Shown piece after piece: positions 18,781 through 30,837 of a stretch of DNA of 64,000 nt. The stretch comes from Frankiales bacterium. GTDB taxonomy: Bacteria > Actinomycetota > Actinomycetes > Mycobacteriales > SCTD01. The stretch lies in the NCBI GenBank assembly GCA_025465145.1, contig JAODNS010000167.1, forward strand, positions 2,621 to 66,620. The letters are read 5' to 3'. A program made the translations under genes and the position numbers. Position 1 is the stretch's first letter. Each line of letters starts with the position of its first letter. The notes below the pieces were generated by a model, which ran no database searches, had not been told where the DNA came from, and saw only the letters and a list, made by a program, of their open reading frames with translations.

Positions 18781-18835
18781 GCCGCCAGTCTGGTGCGAGA
18801 CGTAGCTCCTCAATGCCTGCCCGCCGGTGGATGGG

Positions 18836-20071
18836 CTAGCGCTGCTGCCCCCGACCGAGAACCAGAGCGACCTGCACGTCCGTGGCCCCGCGCGCTGAAG
18901 ACATGTTGCGGCCCGTGACGTCTGCGATGCGCCCGAGGCGATATCGCACCGTGTTGGGGTGCAGGAACAAGCGCCGTGCAGCTGCTTCAACCGCGCTGCC
19001 CACCTCCAGGTAAGCCGCCGCTGTGACGAGCAGGTCTGGGCGCGCCGCCAGGGGCTCGAACACCTCCTGGACGAGCTGGTGACGTGCGAATTCCTCCCCC
19101 AGCACGACGCGCTCGGCGAGCAGCGCGGACGAGGACACCGGACGCGGGGCGTCCGGCCACGCCGCCGCGGCTGGCAAGGCTGCTCTCGCCTCCGCGACCG
19201 CGCCGGGGGCACCAGTTAAATCAGGCACGAGAGGACCGATCACGACAGGGCCGCCCGGTATGCCGTCCACGACCTGCCTGATGCTGGATTCGCTCGGCCC
19301 GTCGCCGCCGATGACGGCGAGCAAGTGATCGCCGTACTCTCCGACCAAGATGCACAGCCCTGTTCGACGAGCGGCTGAGCGTAGTTCGCCCAGCCAGGCC
19401 CCGTCCTGCGTCGGCGGGCTGCCGGCCAGCGCCGCGACCCAGGTGGGGGCACCCCAGCCGAGAGCACTGGCGCGGGTCAGCACGGCAGCACCGGCGTCTC
19501 CGCGGGCGAGGGCGTCCACCACAGCGGCCTCGGTGCGTGCATCCCATGCACCGCGTTCCTCAGCCGCTGCCGCGTAGACCTCAGCGGCGGCGAAGGCGAC
19601 TTCGCGCGAGTAGCGCAGCACAGCGTGCTCCAGCGCGTCGGCATCGGCGTCGGTGGCGGTGATGGTCGGGATCGCCGCTTCCAGCACCTCGACCGTCACC
19701 CGGATGAGCTGGACCGTCTGCTGCAGCGTGACCGCGCGCGCCAGCGCCCGCGGGGCCGCCGCGAAGATGGCGGGATCCGCCTTCGGTGGCCTGCTCGGGT
19801 CGCGCAGCCAGGACGCGAACTCCTCCAGAGCCGCCTGCACGACGAGCCCCACGTAGGACCGCTCCTCCGGAGGCATCGCGTTGAACCACGGGAGTGACGC
19901 CATCGACGTCACGGCCTCGGTCGTCAGCCGCGACGACGCACGCCGTAGCCGCTGCGATGCGCTCGGAGCCGCCACGGATGCAGCATGCCCTACAACAGAG
20001 GGAGCGGCGCGCGCCGTTGCTCCGGCGACTGCATGCCTGTCAGGCTTGAGGTTGTGGCGCACAGCACGCAT
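18836..20071 (-). CDS. PucR-family transcriptional regulator (FasR-like, divergent from the fab operon)
   Basis: The start is MRAVRHNLKPD at 20071. The conserved segment is LPWFNAMPPEERSYVGLVVQAALEEF and the C-terminal PucR HTH is LFLHPNTVRYRLGRIADVTG. A PucR-type FasR next to fabD is known from Streptomyces. Confidence 0.8.
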   Translation of the reverse strand: MRAVRHNLKPDRHAVAGATARAAPSVVGHAASVAAPSASQRLRRASSRLTTEAVTSMASLPWFNAMPPEERSYVGLVVQAALEEFASWLRDPSRPPKADPAIFAAAPRALARAVTLQQTVQLIRVTVEVLEAAIPTITATDADADALEHAVLRYSREVAFAAAEVYAAAAEERGAWDARTEAAVVDALARGDAGAAVLTRASALGWGAPTWVAALAGSPPTQDGAWLGELRSAARRTGLCILVGEYGDHLLAVIGGDGPSESSIRQVVDGIPGGPVVIGPLVPDLTGAPGAVAEARAALPAAAAWPDAPRPVSSSALLAERVVLGEEFARHQLVQEVFEPLAARPDLLVTAAAYLEVGSAVEAAARRLFLHPNTVRYRLGRIADVTGRNMSSARGATDVQVALVLGRGQQR

Positions 20072-20114
20072 CTTCGATGCGTTGCCGTCGGGCGTGCTTT
20101 GGAGGTTACCGACA

Positions 20115-20132
20115 AAGATCAGCGATGATCTT
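20115..20132. promoter_or_regulatory. 18-bp AT-rich perfect palindrome in the fasR-like/fabD intergenic region (operator candidate)
   Basis: AAGATCA-GCGA-TGATCTT has 7-bp perfect arms. It lies 51 nt upstream of the fabD ATG and 44 nt from the regulator start. Confidence 0.45.
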
Positions 20133-20182
20133 CGTGCGGTTCCACCCCCCGGCACGGCCCAGGCCGCGGGCACAGTTCCCGC

Positions 20183-21103
20183 ATGCTCGCCGTTCTCTCG
20201 CCCGGTCAGGGGTCCCAGTCGCCCGGCTTCCTCGCGCCCTGGCTCGACAGCTCGCACGCGAAGGCGCGTATGCCGGGTTGGTCAGAGACGGCCCGTCTCG
20301 ACCTGGTCGCGGCCGGCACGTCGTGGTCGTCGGCACAGATCCGTGACACGGCGGTCGCGCAACCACTTCTGACGGTCGCGGCCCTCCTGTCGGGCCGAGC
20401 GCTGCTCAAGGGCAGCACTCCCGATGTCGTGTGCGGCCACAGCGTCGGTGAGCTGCCGGCCCTCGCCCTGGCGGGTGTCATCACTGACGACGAGGCGGTG
20501 GCGCTGGCCGCGCTGCGCGGCCGGACTATGGCTGCCGCCGCCGGGCGCGCCGCCACGGGAATGGCTGCCGTGCTCGGTGGAGACCCCGAGGCGGTGACCG
20601 CGGCAACCGCGACCCTCGGGCTGGAGCTCGCCACCGTCAACGTCGCCGGCCAGGTGGTGCTGGGCGGTCCGGTGGTGGCACTCAGGGCACTGGCCGCTTC
20701 GCCGCCGGTCGGCGCGCGCATCCGCCTGCTCGACGTCGCCGGCGCCTTCCACACGCAGGCAATGACGCCCGCGATCCCGGCCTTCGCCGAAGGCCTGGGC
20801 GCGCTGACACCAACGGACCCTCGGGTGCGCATCGTCGCCAACGCGGACGGGGTTGTCGTCGGCAGCGGGCGGCAGGCGTTGCACCGCCTGCTGGTGCAGC
20901 TGACCTCACCTGTGCGGTTCGACCTGTGCCTGGCCGCGCTCACGCGCCTCGGCACGACCCGTGTGGTGGAGCTGGCGCCGGGCGGGACCCTCGCTGCGTT
21001 GGCCAAGCGCGCACTTGCGGGCACCCCGGTCGTGGCGCTGAAGACGCCCGACGACCTGCCCGCAGCGCGCGCGCTCATCGCCGAGCTGGCGGTGCCCGCG
21101 TGA
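20183..21103 (+). CDS. fabD: malonyl-CoA:ACP transacylase
   Basis: A 306-aa ORF with SPGQGSQSPGF and the active-site motif GHSVGELPA. Confidence 0.9.
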   Translation: MLAVLSPGQGSQSPGFLAPWLDSSHAKARMPGWSETARLDLVAAGTSWSSAQIRDTAVAQPLLTVAALLSGRALLKGSTPDVVCGHSVGELPALALAGVITDDEAVALAALRGRTMAAAAGRAATGMAAVLGGDPEAVTAATATLGLELATVNVAGQVVLGGPVVALRALAASPPVGARIRLLDVAGAFHTQAMTPAIPAFAEGLGALTPTDPRVRIVANADGVVVGSGRQALHRLLVQLTSPVRFDLCLAALTRLGTTRVVELAPGGTLAALAKRALAGTPVVALKTPDDLPAARALIAELAVPA

Positions 21104-22041
21104 GAGCCGCCGCACTGTCCGGCATCGGCGCGCACCGCCCTGCCACAACGGTCGACAACTGCGACATCGCGCAGCGACTCGACTCAACGGACGGCTGGAT
21201 CCGGGAGCGCAGCGGCATCGTGACCCGTGGCATCGCGGGCACGGAGGAGACCGTCGTGGTGATGGCCGCCTCGGCCGCGGGCAAGGCGATGGCCGCCGCG
21301 GGCGTCGGCCTGGCCGATGTCGGCTTGGTGCTGGTGGCCAGCTGCACCCTCACGCAGGCGGTTCCCGGCGCGGCGGCCCGGGTCGCCTCTGCGCTGGGGC
21401 TCAGCGCGCCGGGCGCCCTGGACCTGGGCGCGGCGTGCGCCGGCTTCACCTACGGGCTCTCGCTGGCTGCGGACACGGTTCGCTGCGGCACCGCCGACCA
21501 CGTGCTCGTCATCGGCTCGGAAAAGTTCTCCGACATCGTCGACCCGTACGACCGCTCGACCGCGTTCTTGTTCGGTGACGGCGCCGGGGCCGCGGTCGTC
21601 AGCCTCAGCGACACGGACGGGATCTCCCCGGCCGTCTGGTGCAGCGACGGCGCCCAGGCTCAGGTGCTGCGGACGCTCGGCAGCCCGCCCGTCCTGCACA
21701 TGGAGGGCCAGGCGGTCTACCGCTGGGCGACAACGCTGCTCCCCCACCTAGCCCGACGTACCTGCGCGCGGGCCGGAGTGGATCTCGCCGACCTCGCGGC
21801 TGTCGTGCCGCACCAAGCCAACCTCCGGATCACCGAAGCCCTCGTACGGGTTCTCCGGCTGCCCCCGCACGTGGTGGTCGCACGCGACGTCGTCGACAGC
21901 GGCAACACCAGCGCTGCCTCCATCCCGCTCGCCCTCGCCCGGCTGCTGGAGCGCGGGGAGGTGCGCTCGGGAGACCGGGTGCTGCTCCTCGGTTTCGGTG
22001 CCGGGCTCACCGCCGCCGGACAAGTCGTCCGGTGCCCCTGA
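21100..22041 (+). CDS. fabH: 3-oxoacyl-ACP synthase III
   Basis: A GTG at 21100 overlaps the fabD stop (GTGA). Motifs are ACAGFTYGL (Cys), VPHQANLRI (His) and SGNTSAASIPLAL (Asn). Confidence 0.9.
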   Translation: MRAAALSGIGAHRPATTVDNCDIAQRLDSTDGWIRERSGIVTRGIAGTEETVVVMAASAAGKAMAAAGVGLADVGLVLVASCTLTQAVPGAAARVASALGLSAPGALDLGAACAGFTYGLSLAADTVRCGTADHVLVIGSEKFSDIVDPYDRSTAFLFGDGAGAAVVSLSDTDGISPAVWCSDGAQAQVLRTLGSPPVLHMEGQAVYRWATTLLPHLARRTCARAGVDLADLAAVVPHQANLRITEALVRVLRLPPHVVVARDVVDSGNTSAASIPLALARLLERGEVRSGDRVLLLGFGAGLTAAGQVVRCP

Positions 22042-22058
22042 CCTACAAGGAGAACCTC

Positions 22059-22316
22059 GTGTCCGCCAGCTATCCCGACCTCGTCACCGGCATCACCGAG
22101 ATCGTCCGCGAGATCTGCGGGAGCCACACGGCTTCGCTCGTCACGTCCGAGGCGACGTTCGAAGGGGCGCTGCAGATCGACTCGCTCACGATGGTCGAGA
22201 TCGTCGTCGCCTGCGAGGAGCGCTTCGGCGTCCACATCCCGGACGAGGCGCTCGAGCAGCTCAAGACGATCGACGACGCCGTCCAGTACATCGCCGCTGC
22301 CGGCGTCGCCGCGTGA
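22059..22316 (+). CDS. acpP: acyl carrier protein
   Basis: A GTG at 22059 is preceded by AAGGAGA. The 85-aa product carries the phosphopantetheine-site motif LQIDSLTMVEIV. Confidence 0.85.
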   Translation: MSASYPDLVTGITEIVREICGSHTASLVTSEATFEGALQIDSLTMVEIVVACEERFGVHIPDEALEQLKTIDDAVQYIAAAGVAA

Positions 22317-23526
22317 CGGCGGCCGCTGCTGCTGCCGTCACCGGCCTGGGCGCCGTCACACCGCTCGGCGCGGATGTGTCCGCGCTATGGGACGGGCTGC
22401 TGACCGGCCGCTCAGGGACGCGCCTCCTCGACGACGACGCATTCGCGGAGTCGCCGGTCAGACTCGCCGCGACCTGTGACATCGAGGGCCGGCTGGACCG
22501 GGTGGAGGCGCGCACTCTCGACCGTGTCCAGCAGCTCGCGCTGCTGGCCTCCCGCGAGGCCTGGGCCCACGCCGGAACGCCGGATGTCGACCCCGAGCGC
22601 ATCGCCGTGGTCATCGGCTCCGGGATCGGCGGCGCCATGACCATTCTCGGACAGCACGAGGTCCTGCAGCGCTCCGGCGCCCGGCGAATCTCGCCGTACC
22701 TCGTGCCGATGCTCATGCCCAACGGTCCAGCCGCGACGGTCGGGCTCGAGCTGCGGGCTCGCGCCGGCGTGCACGCCACCGTGAGCGCGTGCGCGTCCGG
22801 GGCGGAGGCCCTGGCCCTCGCACTGGACCTGCTGCGGGCAGGGCGTGCCGACGTCGTCATCGCGGGCGGCGCGGAATCGTGCGTCCACCCCCTGCCCATC
22901 GCCGGCTTCGCGCAGATGCGCGCTCTGTCGACGCGGCACGACGAACCCGACGCGGCCAGTCGCCCGTACGACAAGGGTCGCGACGGCTTCGTCCTCGGCG
23001 AGGGAGCCGCGCTCATGGTCCTCGAGCGGGAGGCCGACGCCCTGGCCCGAGGCGCTCCGATCCACGCGAGGCTGGCGGGCGCCGGCATCACCTCGGACGC
23101 CCATCACATCACTGCGCCGGACCCGTCCGGTCGCGGCGCCGCGCGCAGCATCACCCTCGCTCTGCGGGACGCAGGCGTCGACGCCATCGACGTGGGCTCC
23201 GTCAACGCACACGCGACCTCCACTCCGCTTGGCGACATCGCCGAAGGTGTCGCCCTCGGCATCGCGCTGGGCGGGCACCGTCCCCCCGTGACCGCGACGA
23301 AGTCGTGCACCGGCCACCTGCTCGGGGCGGCCGGCGCCGTGGAGGCCGTGGTGTCGGTGCTGCAGGTTCGGGAAGGGCTCGTACCCGCCATCCGCAACCT
23401 CGACGACCCCGACGACGCGGTCGACCTCGACCTCGTCCGCGTCGCAGCCCGGCAGCACCCGCACCAGGTGGCGCTGTCCACCTCTTTCGGCTTCGGCGGG
23501 CATGACGTCTCACTCGTGGTGACGGC

Positions 23527-23530
<4 letters not shown>
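22313..23530 (+). CDS. fabF: 3-oxoacyl-ACP synthase I/II (KAS)
   Basis: A GTG at 22313 overlaps the acpP stop. Motifs are VSACASGAEAL (Cys), HITAPDP and NAHATSTPLGD (His-His), and SFGFGGHDVSLVV. Confidence 0.9.
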
Positions 23531-26415
<2,885 letters not shown>

Positions 26416-26419
<4 letters not shown>

Positions 26420-27303
26420 CCGTCCTCGACGTCCGCACAGCCCACCTGACCGAGCACCTGACTGCACGCTTGGCGACGGCCACCGACCGGCACCTGGCCG
26501 TGGCACGGGAGTGGTTCCCACACGAGTACGTGCCCTGGTCCGAAGGCCGCGACTTCGGGGACGTCCCGTACGACGAAGCACGCAACCGGCTAGCCCCGGC
26601 GGTGCGCGCCGCGGTGCAGCTGAACCTGCTCACCGAGGACAACCTGCCCTCGTACCACCGCGAACTGACTCGGGCCTTCGGGGACGACGAGCCGTGGCGG
26701 GTATGGGTGGACCGTTGGACCGCCGAGGAGGGGCGGCACGCGATCGCCCTGCGCGACTACCTCGTGGTCACCCGCTGCGCCGACCCCGTCGTCCTCGAGC
26801 GCGAACGGATGCAGACGATGCAGACCGGGTTCCGCGCGCCGGAGAAGGACCTGCTCCGCACGCTGGCGTATGTGTCGCTCCAGGAGCTCGCCACGCGGAT
26901 CTCGCACCGCAACACGGGTCGGCTGTCCGGCGATCCGGGGCTGGAGTCGCTGCTCAGTCGGATCGCCACCGACGAGAACCTGCACATGGTCTTCTACCGG
27001 GACCTCGTCGCCGCGGCCCTCGAGGCCGACCCGGCGGCGATGCTCACGGCGATCGCGGCCGAGATGGAGTCGTTCGCGATGCCCGGGGCGAACGGGCCGC
27101 AGTTCCGCCGCCGCGCCGCCGCGATCGCGCGCGCCGGCATCTACGACATCCGCGTGCACCGCGAGGACGTCATCGAGCCGCTGCTGCGTTACTGGGAAGT
27201 TGACGCACTCCTCGACCTCGATCCCCAAGCCGAGCAGGCGTTGCAACGGATCAGCGCGAACTGCGCGGCGCTCGACGAGCGGGTCACCAGGAGCGCCCGA
27301 TGA
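26416..27303 (+). CDS. soluble acyl-ACP desaturase family protein (DesA-like di-iron enzyme)
   Basis: A 295-aa ORF with NLLTEDNLPSYH, WTAEEGRHA, LQELATRISH and ATDENLHMVFY, which are di-iron ExxH motifs of stearoyl-ACP desaturase type. An ATGA overlap couples it to the gene before it. Confidence 0.85.
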
Positions 27304-28070
27304 CCGGCCTGCTCGACGGCAAGCGCCTGCTCGTCACTGGGGTCCTCACCGAGGCGTCCATCGCGTACTCGGTGGCGCGGCTCGCCCAGGAGCAGGGCGG
27401 GACCGTCGTGCTTTCCGGTTTCGGCCGCGGCCTGTCCATCACCGAGCGCATCGCCCGGCGGCTGCCGGAGCCCGCACCCGTCGTCGAGCTGGACGTGTCG
27501 TCCGAGGAGCACCTGAGCGCGCTGCACGGCCGCCTGGCGACGCACGTCGACGCCCTCGATGGCGTGCTGCACGCGATCGGGTTCGCACCCGCCACCGCCC
27601 TCGGATCCGGCGTCCTCGACACCTCGTGGGCGGACGTCGGCACCGCACTGCAAGTCTCGACCTGGTCCTACGTCGCCCTCGCCCGAGCCTGCAGCAAGCT
27701 GCTCACACCCGGCGCGTCCTACGTCGGACTCGACTTCGACGCCCGCGTCGCCTGGCCCTCCTACGACTGGATGGGCGTCGCCAAGGCAGGGCTCGAGTCC
27801 GCCAACCGCTACCTCGCCCGCGACCTCGGTCCGCTCGGCGTGCGCAGCAACCTCGTCGCCGCCGGTCCGCTCAAGACCATGGCCGCGAAGAGCATCCCCG
27901 GCTTCGAGCGGTTCGAGGACGCCTGGTCCCAACGCGCACCGCTGGGCTGGGACGTCAAGAACGCCCAACCCGTCGCACAAGCCTGCGTCGCACTGCTGTC
28001 GGACTGGTTCCCCATGACCACGGGACAGATCGTCTACGTCGACGGAGGCTTCAGCGCCATCGGGGTTTGA
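27300..28070 (+). CDS. fabI: enoyl-ACP reductase (FabI/InhA-like)
   Basis: A 256-aa ORF with LLDGKRLLVTGV..SIAYSVA, YDWMGVAKAGLES (Y..K) and GQIVYVDGGF. Confidence 0.9.
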   Translation: MTGLLDGKRLLVTGVLTEASIAYSVARLAQEQGGTVVLSGFGRGLSITERIARRLPEPAPVVELDVSSEEHLSALHGRLATHVDALDGVLHAIGFAPATALGSGVLDTSWADVGTALQVSTWSYVALARACSKLLTPGASYVGLDFDARVAWPSYDWMGVAKAGLESANRYLARDLGPLGVRSNLVAAGPLKTMAAKSIPGFERFEDAWSQRAPLGWDVKNAQPVAQACVALLSDWFPMTTGQIVYVDGGFSAIGV

Positions 28071-28312
28071 GGCCCGGGCGGCGCTGGCTCCTTCTTGATA
28101 GTGCGGAAGTCACCGCGCTTGCAGCCACCGCTGCTCAGCGCGACCCACTCCGCCGCGTGCCCGCTACGACCGCTCGACGGCCGTGACGCGGCCAGGCCGT
28201 GCTGTGGTCGACCGGCAACAGCGGCCGTTGTGAGTCCCCTGACCGCCACTTACCTGGTGTGGTCCCGGAGGACGGGCAAGCGGCTGGCGCGGCTGCATGG
28301 AGCCAGCTGACG

Positions 28313-28355
28313 CCAAAATTCGCTGTGGATCGGCCACGCAGCGGGCACGGCACGT
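28313..28355. repeat. Copy 2 of the conserved ~41-nt element
   Basis: See copy 1 (14825-14865). This copy lies 19 nt downstream of the stop of the small minus-strand ORF (28374-28763). It contains the palindrome GGCACGTGCC and, on the minus strand, a short hairpin followed by GAAUUUU. Confidence 0.6.
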
Positions 28356-28373
28356 GCCGCAAGAAGCCGCCGT

Positions 28374-28763
28374 CTACTCGGTGCGAGATCGGCGTGCCTG
28401 CGAGGTCTCCGCCCGCAGTCGCCGCTTCGAGATTTCAACCTGCTGGTCGTCCGCGAGCAGGAGTGCGCGCGACGCTGCATCCTCGCCGCGCAGTTGGTTT
28501 CCCCAGAAGCCTCCGTTGGCGGCCGCCAGCTGAACTCTGCTCATAAGGGAAAGGCCGCTGACCCGGTACCGGGCTAGACGCCCTAGACGACGTTCTTCCC
28601 GGCCCCAAGCAAGTGCCACTTCCAGGCAGTCCGGACAACTGCCTGCAACCTCCATAACGGCGAACGCCGAGCCGAACCAGCTCTCGCGTGCGTCGCGGAT
28701 CGTCGCCCAGATGGCCGGGCGTGTAACTGGCTTCCCGTGCGGACATGCCGGAGGCACGATCAT
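28374..28763 (-). CDS. small hypothetical protein (129 aa), translationally coupled to the upstream ACAD
   Basis: The ATG at 28761-28763 overlaps the ACAD stop (ATGA). The product MIVPPACPHGKPVTRPAIWATIRDARESWFG...CPDCLEVALAW matches no family I recognise. It uses codons rare in this window (CTA, GTT, ACA, CTT). Confidence 0.45.
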   Translation of the reverse strand: MIVPPACPHGKPVTRPAIWATIRDARESWFGSAFAVMEVAGSCPDCLEVALAWGREERRLGRLARYRVSGLSLMSRVQLAAANGGFWGNQLRGEDAASRALLLADDQQVEISKRRLRAETSQARRSRTE

Positions 28764-30007
28764 GTGACCAAGTTCAGACGCGGCGGTCGCCGGAGCTCCG
28801 CGCGGCCGAGGGACCGCAGGTGTACCTCGTCCGGACCGTCGAACAGCCTCATGGCACGATGCCACCCCCACATCGCGGCCAATGGGGTGTCGTCGCTGAC
28901 TCCCGCGCCTCCGTGCATCTGGATCGCTCGGTCCAGCACACTCGTGACCGCCCGCGGCACCGCGATCTTGGCCATAGCGACGAGGTTCCGGGCGGCCTTG
29001 TTGCCCTCCACGTCAATGACCCGACAGGCCTCGTGGCAGATCAGGCGCGCCTGCTCGATCTCGACGCGTGACTCAGCCAGCTGCTGCTGCACCACCCCCT
29101 GATCGGCCAGCAGGCTGCCGAAGGCCGTGCGACTACGTACCCGCTCGACGGCGAGCGCGAGCCCCCGTTCGGCGGCGCCCAGCGCCCGCATGCAGTGGTG
29201 GATGCGCCCAGGGCCGAGCCTGGCCTGGGCCGCCGCGAAGCCACCACCCTGCTCGCCGACGATGTTCGTCTTGGGCACGCGCACGTCCTTGAAGACGATC
29301 TCGTTGTGCCCGTGCTGGTCCTGGCGCCCGAAGACGGGCAGGGAGCGGAGGTTGTGGACACCTGGCGCGTCCATCGGGACCAGGACCATGGACTGCTGAC
29401 GGTGGGTCTCCGCGGTGGGGTCGGTCTTGCCCATCACGATGAGCAGCCGGCAGCGAGGGTCGGCGGCGCCGCTCGTCCACCACTTTCGGCCACTGATCAC
29501 GTAGTCGTCTCCGTCCGAGACGATCTGAGTCATGATGTTGGTCGCGTCGCTGCTGGCCACGTCGGGCTCGGTCATCGCGAACGCCGACCGGATCGTGCCG
29601 TCGAGCAGGGGCTGCAGCCAGTCGCGCTTCTGCTCCGGCGTGCCGAGCAGGTGCAGCAGCTCCATGTTGCCGGTGTCAGGCGCCTGGCAGTTCATCGCCT
29701 CCGGGGCGATGTCGTTGCTCCACCCGGACAGCTCGGCAAGCGGCGCGTACTCGCGCTGGGTGAGCCCGGACTCCGACGGGAGGAACAGGTTCCACAGACC
29801 CAGGGCGCGGGCCTCTCGCTTGAGCTCCTCGACCACGGGAGGCACGGTGTGGTCAGCGGGCCCCTGCTGCGCGCGGTAGGCGGCATATGCGGCTTCGCTA
29901 GGGAGGACGCGCTCTTGCATGAACTGCACCATCGTGTCGTACAGCTGGGCCGCACGGGCGGAGGTAGCCGGACCAGCCCCCGCGTAAGGGGTCTGTGACG
30001 CGGACAA
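28760..30007 (-). CDS. acyl-CoA dehydrogenase
   Basis: A 415-aa ORF with FAMTEPDVASSDATN, ISGRKWWTSGA, FGSLLADQGVVQQQLAESRVEIEQARL and MHGGAGVSDDTPLA. Confidence 0.9.
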   Translation of the reverse strand: MSASQTPYAGAGPATSARAAQLYDTMVQFMQERVLPSEAAYAAYRAQQGPADHTVPPVVEELKREARALGLWNLFLPSESGLTQREYAPLAELSGWSNDIAPEAMNCQAPDTGNMELLHLLGTPEQKRDWLQPLLDGTIRSAFAMTEPDVASSDATNIMTQIVSDGDDYVISGRKWWTSGAADPRCRLLIVMGKTDPTAETHRQQSMVLVPMDAPGVHNLRSLPVFGRQDQHGHNEIVFKDVRVPKTNIVGEQGGGFAAAQARLGPGRIHHCMRALGAAERGLALAVERVRSRTAFGSLLADQGVVQQQLAESRVEIEQARLICHEACRVIDVEGNKAARNLVAMAKIAVPRAVTSVLDRAIQMHGGAGVSDDTPLAAMWGWHRAMRLFDGPDEVHLRSLGRAELRRPPRLNLVT

Positions 30008-30016
30008 CAGTTCTCC

Positions 30017-30775
30017 TCAGAGCGAGATCTCGTCGGGCACGTCGAGCACCTCGACCATCTCGCGGTAGACGTGCACGTGCTTGGACATGGCCGAGGCGGC
30101 CCGGTCCGGGTTGCGGGATCTGATCGCGGACAAGATGCGGTCGTGCGCCTTGAGGGTGTCCGCCATGGTGGTCTCGGACGTGAAGTCGTCGATCTCGGTG
30201 CTGCGCAGGATGACCCGGGACAGCGAATTGACAACAGCCTCCACGATATCGTTGTGGGTGGCTGCGCCGATGGCGACGTGCCAGTCGACGTTGCGCTGCA
30301 GGAAAGTGGCTACGTCACCGACAGACGCGGCAAGTGCTCGCGCGTGCTCCTCGAGGGCCTCCAGATCCGCGTCGGTCCGGTGTAGCGCCGCGAGCCGAGC
30401 GGCGACCGGCTCCAGGCCCTCCCTGGCCTCAAGCACGGCGTGGAACCGCAGCGCCCGCCCGCTGACCAGGCTCTGCAGGCTCCGCTCAAACGTTGCGGCG
30501 TCCGGTCGGCGGACGAACGAGCCGCCTGCCCGCCCCGGCTTCGTGACGATGAGCCCTTCGATCTCCAGCACGCGGAGGGCGTCTCGAACCGTCTGGCGGC
30601 CCAGACCCACCGAGGCGGCGAGCGTCCGCTCGACGGGCAGGGCGCTTCCTTCGGCCAGGCGGCCCGCCAGTATCTCCTGCCGGAGGTGATCGGCGAGCAC
30701 GTCCGACGCCTTCGGCACGGACACCCGACGCAAGCTGCCGCTGCCCGGGGCTGCAGCATTCCCATCGACGGTCAC
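30017..30775 (-). CDS. GntR-family regulator, FadR subfamily (FCD domain)
   Basis: A GTG start is likely at 30775. The HTH is LPVERTLAASVGLGRQTVRDALRVLEIEGLIVTKPGRAGGSFV. The C-terminal helical FCD-like domain contains EHARALAA...HDRILSAIRSRN. Confidence 0.8.
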   Translation of the reverse strand: MTVDGNAAAPGSGSLRRVSVPKASDVLADHLRQEILAGRLAEGSALPVERTLAASVGLGRQTVRDALRVLEIEGLIVTKPGRAGGSFVRRPDAATFERSLQSLVSGRALRFHAVLEAREGLEPVAARLAALHRTDADLEALEEHARALAASVGDVATFLQRNVDWHVAIGAATHNDIVEAVVNSLSRVILRSTEIDDFTSETTMADTLKAHDRILSAIRSRNPDRAASAMSKHVHVYREMVEVLDVPDEISL

Positions 30776-30794
30776 GCTAGGTATGGTACTAAGT

Positions 30795-30802
30795 TTGGTC
30801 CA
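30795..30802 (+). promoter_or_regulatory. TTGGTCCA motif, site 2 of 4 (GntR/SDR divergent intergenic region)
   Basis: ggtactaagtTTGGTCCAcaag lies 36 nt upstream of the SDR start (30838). A possible -10 box TAAGTT immediately precedes and overlaps it. Confidence 0.4.
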
Positions 30803-30837
30803 CAAGAGCCAGAGCAGGTCGAGGACAAGGGGCGGGC

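Noticed and set aside
28240-28300. SRP (4.5S) RNA domain IV, suggested by CCUGGUGUGGUCCCGGAGGACGGGCAAGCGGC.
   Set aside because: It only loosely resembles the conserved GGUCCGGAAGGAAGCAGCC core. It has no GGAA tetraloop, no symmetric-loop AGCA, and no convincing closing helix.
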